A DNA stretch of 64,000 nucleotides, taken from Paragordius varius. Its lineage: Eukaryota; Animalia; Nematomorpha. Below, piece by piece: positions 61,332 through 64,000 of the stretch. The translations under genes and the position numbers were made by a program. Under the pieces are notes generated by a model. It made no database searches. It was not told where the DNA came from and worked only from the letters and a program-made list of their open reading frames with translations. Within the stretch, counting starts at the first letter, position 1; every line of letters begins with the position of its first letter. The stretch is taken from positions 806,001 through 870,000 of the forward strand of contig OZ176056.1 in NCBI GenBank assembly GCA_964247055.1, read 5' to 3'.

Positions 61332-64000
61332 ATGTTTATTCCAATGATATGGCTCCTTACGACAGTATTTGATAATATTAAATAATATTTTTTATATATT
61401 AAGATAATATATACCTTAAAAATTTATATAGATTTTTTTCCGAACTATAATTAATTTATTCCACCGAATTTAATTATAAAAGTTACATTATTAGAGATAT
61501 TTTTGTATTGATTTTTTTAGATATTTTTTGACGGAAATTTCGCTTCTAATTTACACACAGATATTGAGTTTCAAGTAATATGGAATTCACCCACTCAAGT
61601 TTGTTCCGAAAGGTTTGAGAAAAGTTTTATATAATATTAATTAAAACTAAATTTTATATTCGCCACAAAAATTATTTTTAGCATAAATATAGATTTCAAC
61701 AAAGTTTATATCATCGCTTTAGTCGTAAATTTTATAATTGGGTTCAAAATTTTGGGTATTTGAAACCGCATTCCTTTTTAAACAATAAAGACTTTTAAAA
61801 AAGGTTTTTCATAAATCCTAAAACCAAATGATATATAATTGCCATATAATTGCAATGAAATTAAAATCATTGGAGTTTCCGCTCCAAATTTAGGCATTAA
61901 AGCGGGATTCCATTTCTAAACATGTCTTAAAACTTTAAAAGTAGAAATTATACGGACAAAACGTAAAAATATAAAGACAAATATTTTGTTTTAAAAGAAT
62001 CACACTTTTTTGAACCTTAATTTTAAGTTATTAAGTTACAATAAATAAAAATTGTTTTACTAATATACATATCAATTTCATACTTTTCTATTAAAAACAA
62101 CGAATCAATTATAATCAAAATCAAGATTAAAAAGTATGGTTGTCTTTTAAAAAAAATATTTATTTTTATATTTTTAGGTTTTGTTCGTATTCTAATTGCA
62201 ATTTTTACTGTATATTATCAGATATGGGAACGATTTAAACCTTGGCAAATATGGCATCCGAAGTAATGTTAAAGAGTCCTGGAGAGGTCATTTAGTAAAT
62301 TGCTTATACATAACACAATGTGGAATGTGGCCACGTATATTACAAGATAGAAAAAACGATCAAAATAAGCATCAACTAATCAATGGAGGAATCCCACAGT
62401 TAGGAGACTTATCTGCGCATTTACAAACGCTTGAAAAGCATTTAAATCAACACATGCCAGACGCAAATTTTTCGGTATTTCAATCCCTTTTTACTTTGAA
62501 AACCCAAACAACTCTTTTTTTATTCAAGAAAAAACTAAATATTTTTTGAAACAGCAGTATGACTAAGTATACATTGCTAGTTTTTTTTGTTAGATATTGC
62601 CAGATAGTATATTCAGCAAAGAGCAAAATAGTATTGGCTTATATTTTTTTCACTGTTGTATAACATTAGTCAAAAATAATTTATTTGCTGTTGATATTTA
62701 ACGAAAAACTAGCTATATAACTCACTTGAACTGTATAAAAGGACAACATTATAAAACATTCTTTTTACCAAAACAAATCTGTCTTTGTGTTTTTATAAAA
62801 AACATTTAGTAATACAACTCATTTTTTGTAAAGAAATAGAAACTATTGCGTGAAATATAGTGTTTTATAAAAGAAATTGCATTATAATGTTGTTTTTGAA
62901 TAAAAAAATGGCAAATCCGTGTATGTAATTAATTTTGAACATAATCACCTTGAATAATAATTATATTTAAAACATTTTATATTGGCTGCCCCAAGTCAGA
63001 TTTTAATGAAAAGGTATTTAAATTAAATTTATTCTAAAGAATGAAATATTCTTTTATATATCCAATATTCTAACATTTATTGTTAGTCAAAAATATTTTA
63101 ATTTTTTAGATATATTGAGATGATTTGGTCATATTATAAAGCGCATATATAAACAATTTATTTGATCCATATATTGACATTTATAGGGATTGGGTGTTTT
63201 AGATATGGAGGAATATGTCCCATGGTTCAATAATTTAAATTTCGGACCCTATATGAAGTATTGGGTAATATATGTAAAATTATAAATTTATTTTTTAAAT
63301 TAATTTGCTCCTTAACTAATTTATACTTGTAATGCATGATTTTTTAAAAAATTAAAATATTCTTTATATATTTATAGAACCTTTCGATTGAAACCATCAA
63401 AAATGAGTATCCAACAATTCAAGATCGTTATATAATTAAACAATATGCCGCGCGTGAATATGAAAAAAGTATAAAAACCTTCCTGACCCAAACTTTAGAT
63501 AGGGCAAAGGCAGCCCGAAAAAATGCTCACTGGGGATATTGGGGTTATCCTTTTTGTGCACGGTAATATTAGATGTTTATTTTAATTTTTGAATTTACGT
63601 GAACTTTTGTTAATGGCTTACGATGAAATCTATATATTTTTATTTATATTACTAAAGATAATGGAATATTTGCATTTTTGGTTTACTGATTCGTAATATT
63701 TTTATGATATTTCAAACTTTGTACAAAACAAAATTATTTAATACCGTTTCTTATTATTATATGATAATTTTTAAATTTTCATGATTAAAATGAAATAATT
63801 ATAATCTTCTAAAACTGTCATTTATTAAAAAGTGTTTCGTAAAATAATTTTTTTAATATTCTCATTATTTGGTAGAACGTTTATGGATCTCCAATGTGAA
63901 AACAAATTACAAAATCTTAACAATGCAATCTATTGGCTTTGGGCCGAATCAGCTGTTTTATATCCTTCCCTGTATTTAAATCGCCGGGCCATACCTGACA
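61332..64000 (+). CDS. Secreted hyaluronidase (glycoside hydrolase family 56), 5' part, continues off the right end
   Basis: Exons 61332-61364 (MFIPMIWLLTT), 61521-61612 (FQVIWNSPTQVC), 62222-62474 (NGGIPQLGDLSAHL), 63187-63264 (GLGVLDMEEY, catalytic D-x-E), 63378-63562 (TFLTQTLDRAK...WGYWGYPFC) and 63876 to end (WLWAESAVLYPSLYL). Confidence 0.93.

Overview
Very AT-rich eukaryotic (animal, probably invertebrate) genomic DNA with spliced genes, so the ORF track misses most coding sequence. All gene models were built by hand from GT-AG sites, reading phase and recognisable protein motifs. From left to right: (1) 5' half of a GRK4/5/6-type G-protein-coupled receptor kinase (- strand, runs off the left end, ~205-bp tandem repeat in its intron); (2) a decayed Ty3/Gypsy pol fragment; (3) three related small secreted prepropeptide genes (signal peptide, LEYP-containing pro-region, REKR cleavage site), two with poly-His mature peptides and one with a 50% Arg, His/Gly-rich peptide; (4) dyskerin DKC1 (+) with a 22-nt intron and an intronless CHMP5 gene nested on the same strand in one intron; (5) SUCLG1 (-), tail-to-tail with DKC1; (6) RTE and NeSL-like LINE relics, two hAT elements with exact 8-bp TSDs and two abundant MITE families; (7) an unrecognised gene at ~50.2-56.5 kb (-) with about 22 frame-symmetric phase-1 micro-exons (9-45 nt, ten of exactly 21 nt), resembling schistosome micro-exon genes (MEGs); (8) the 5' part of a secreted GH56 hyaluronidase (+). 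The strongest novel candidates are the micro-exon gene and the His/Arg-rich peptide cluster. No database searches or RNA data were available, so splice models are predictions.
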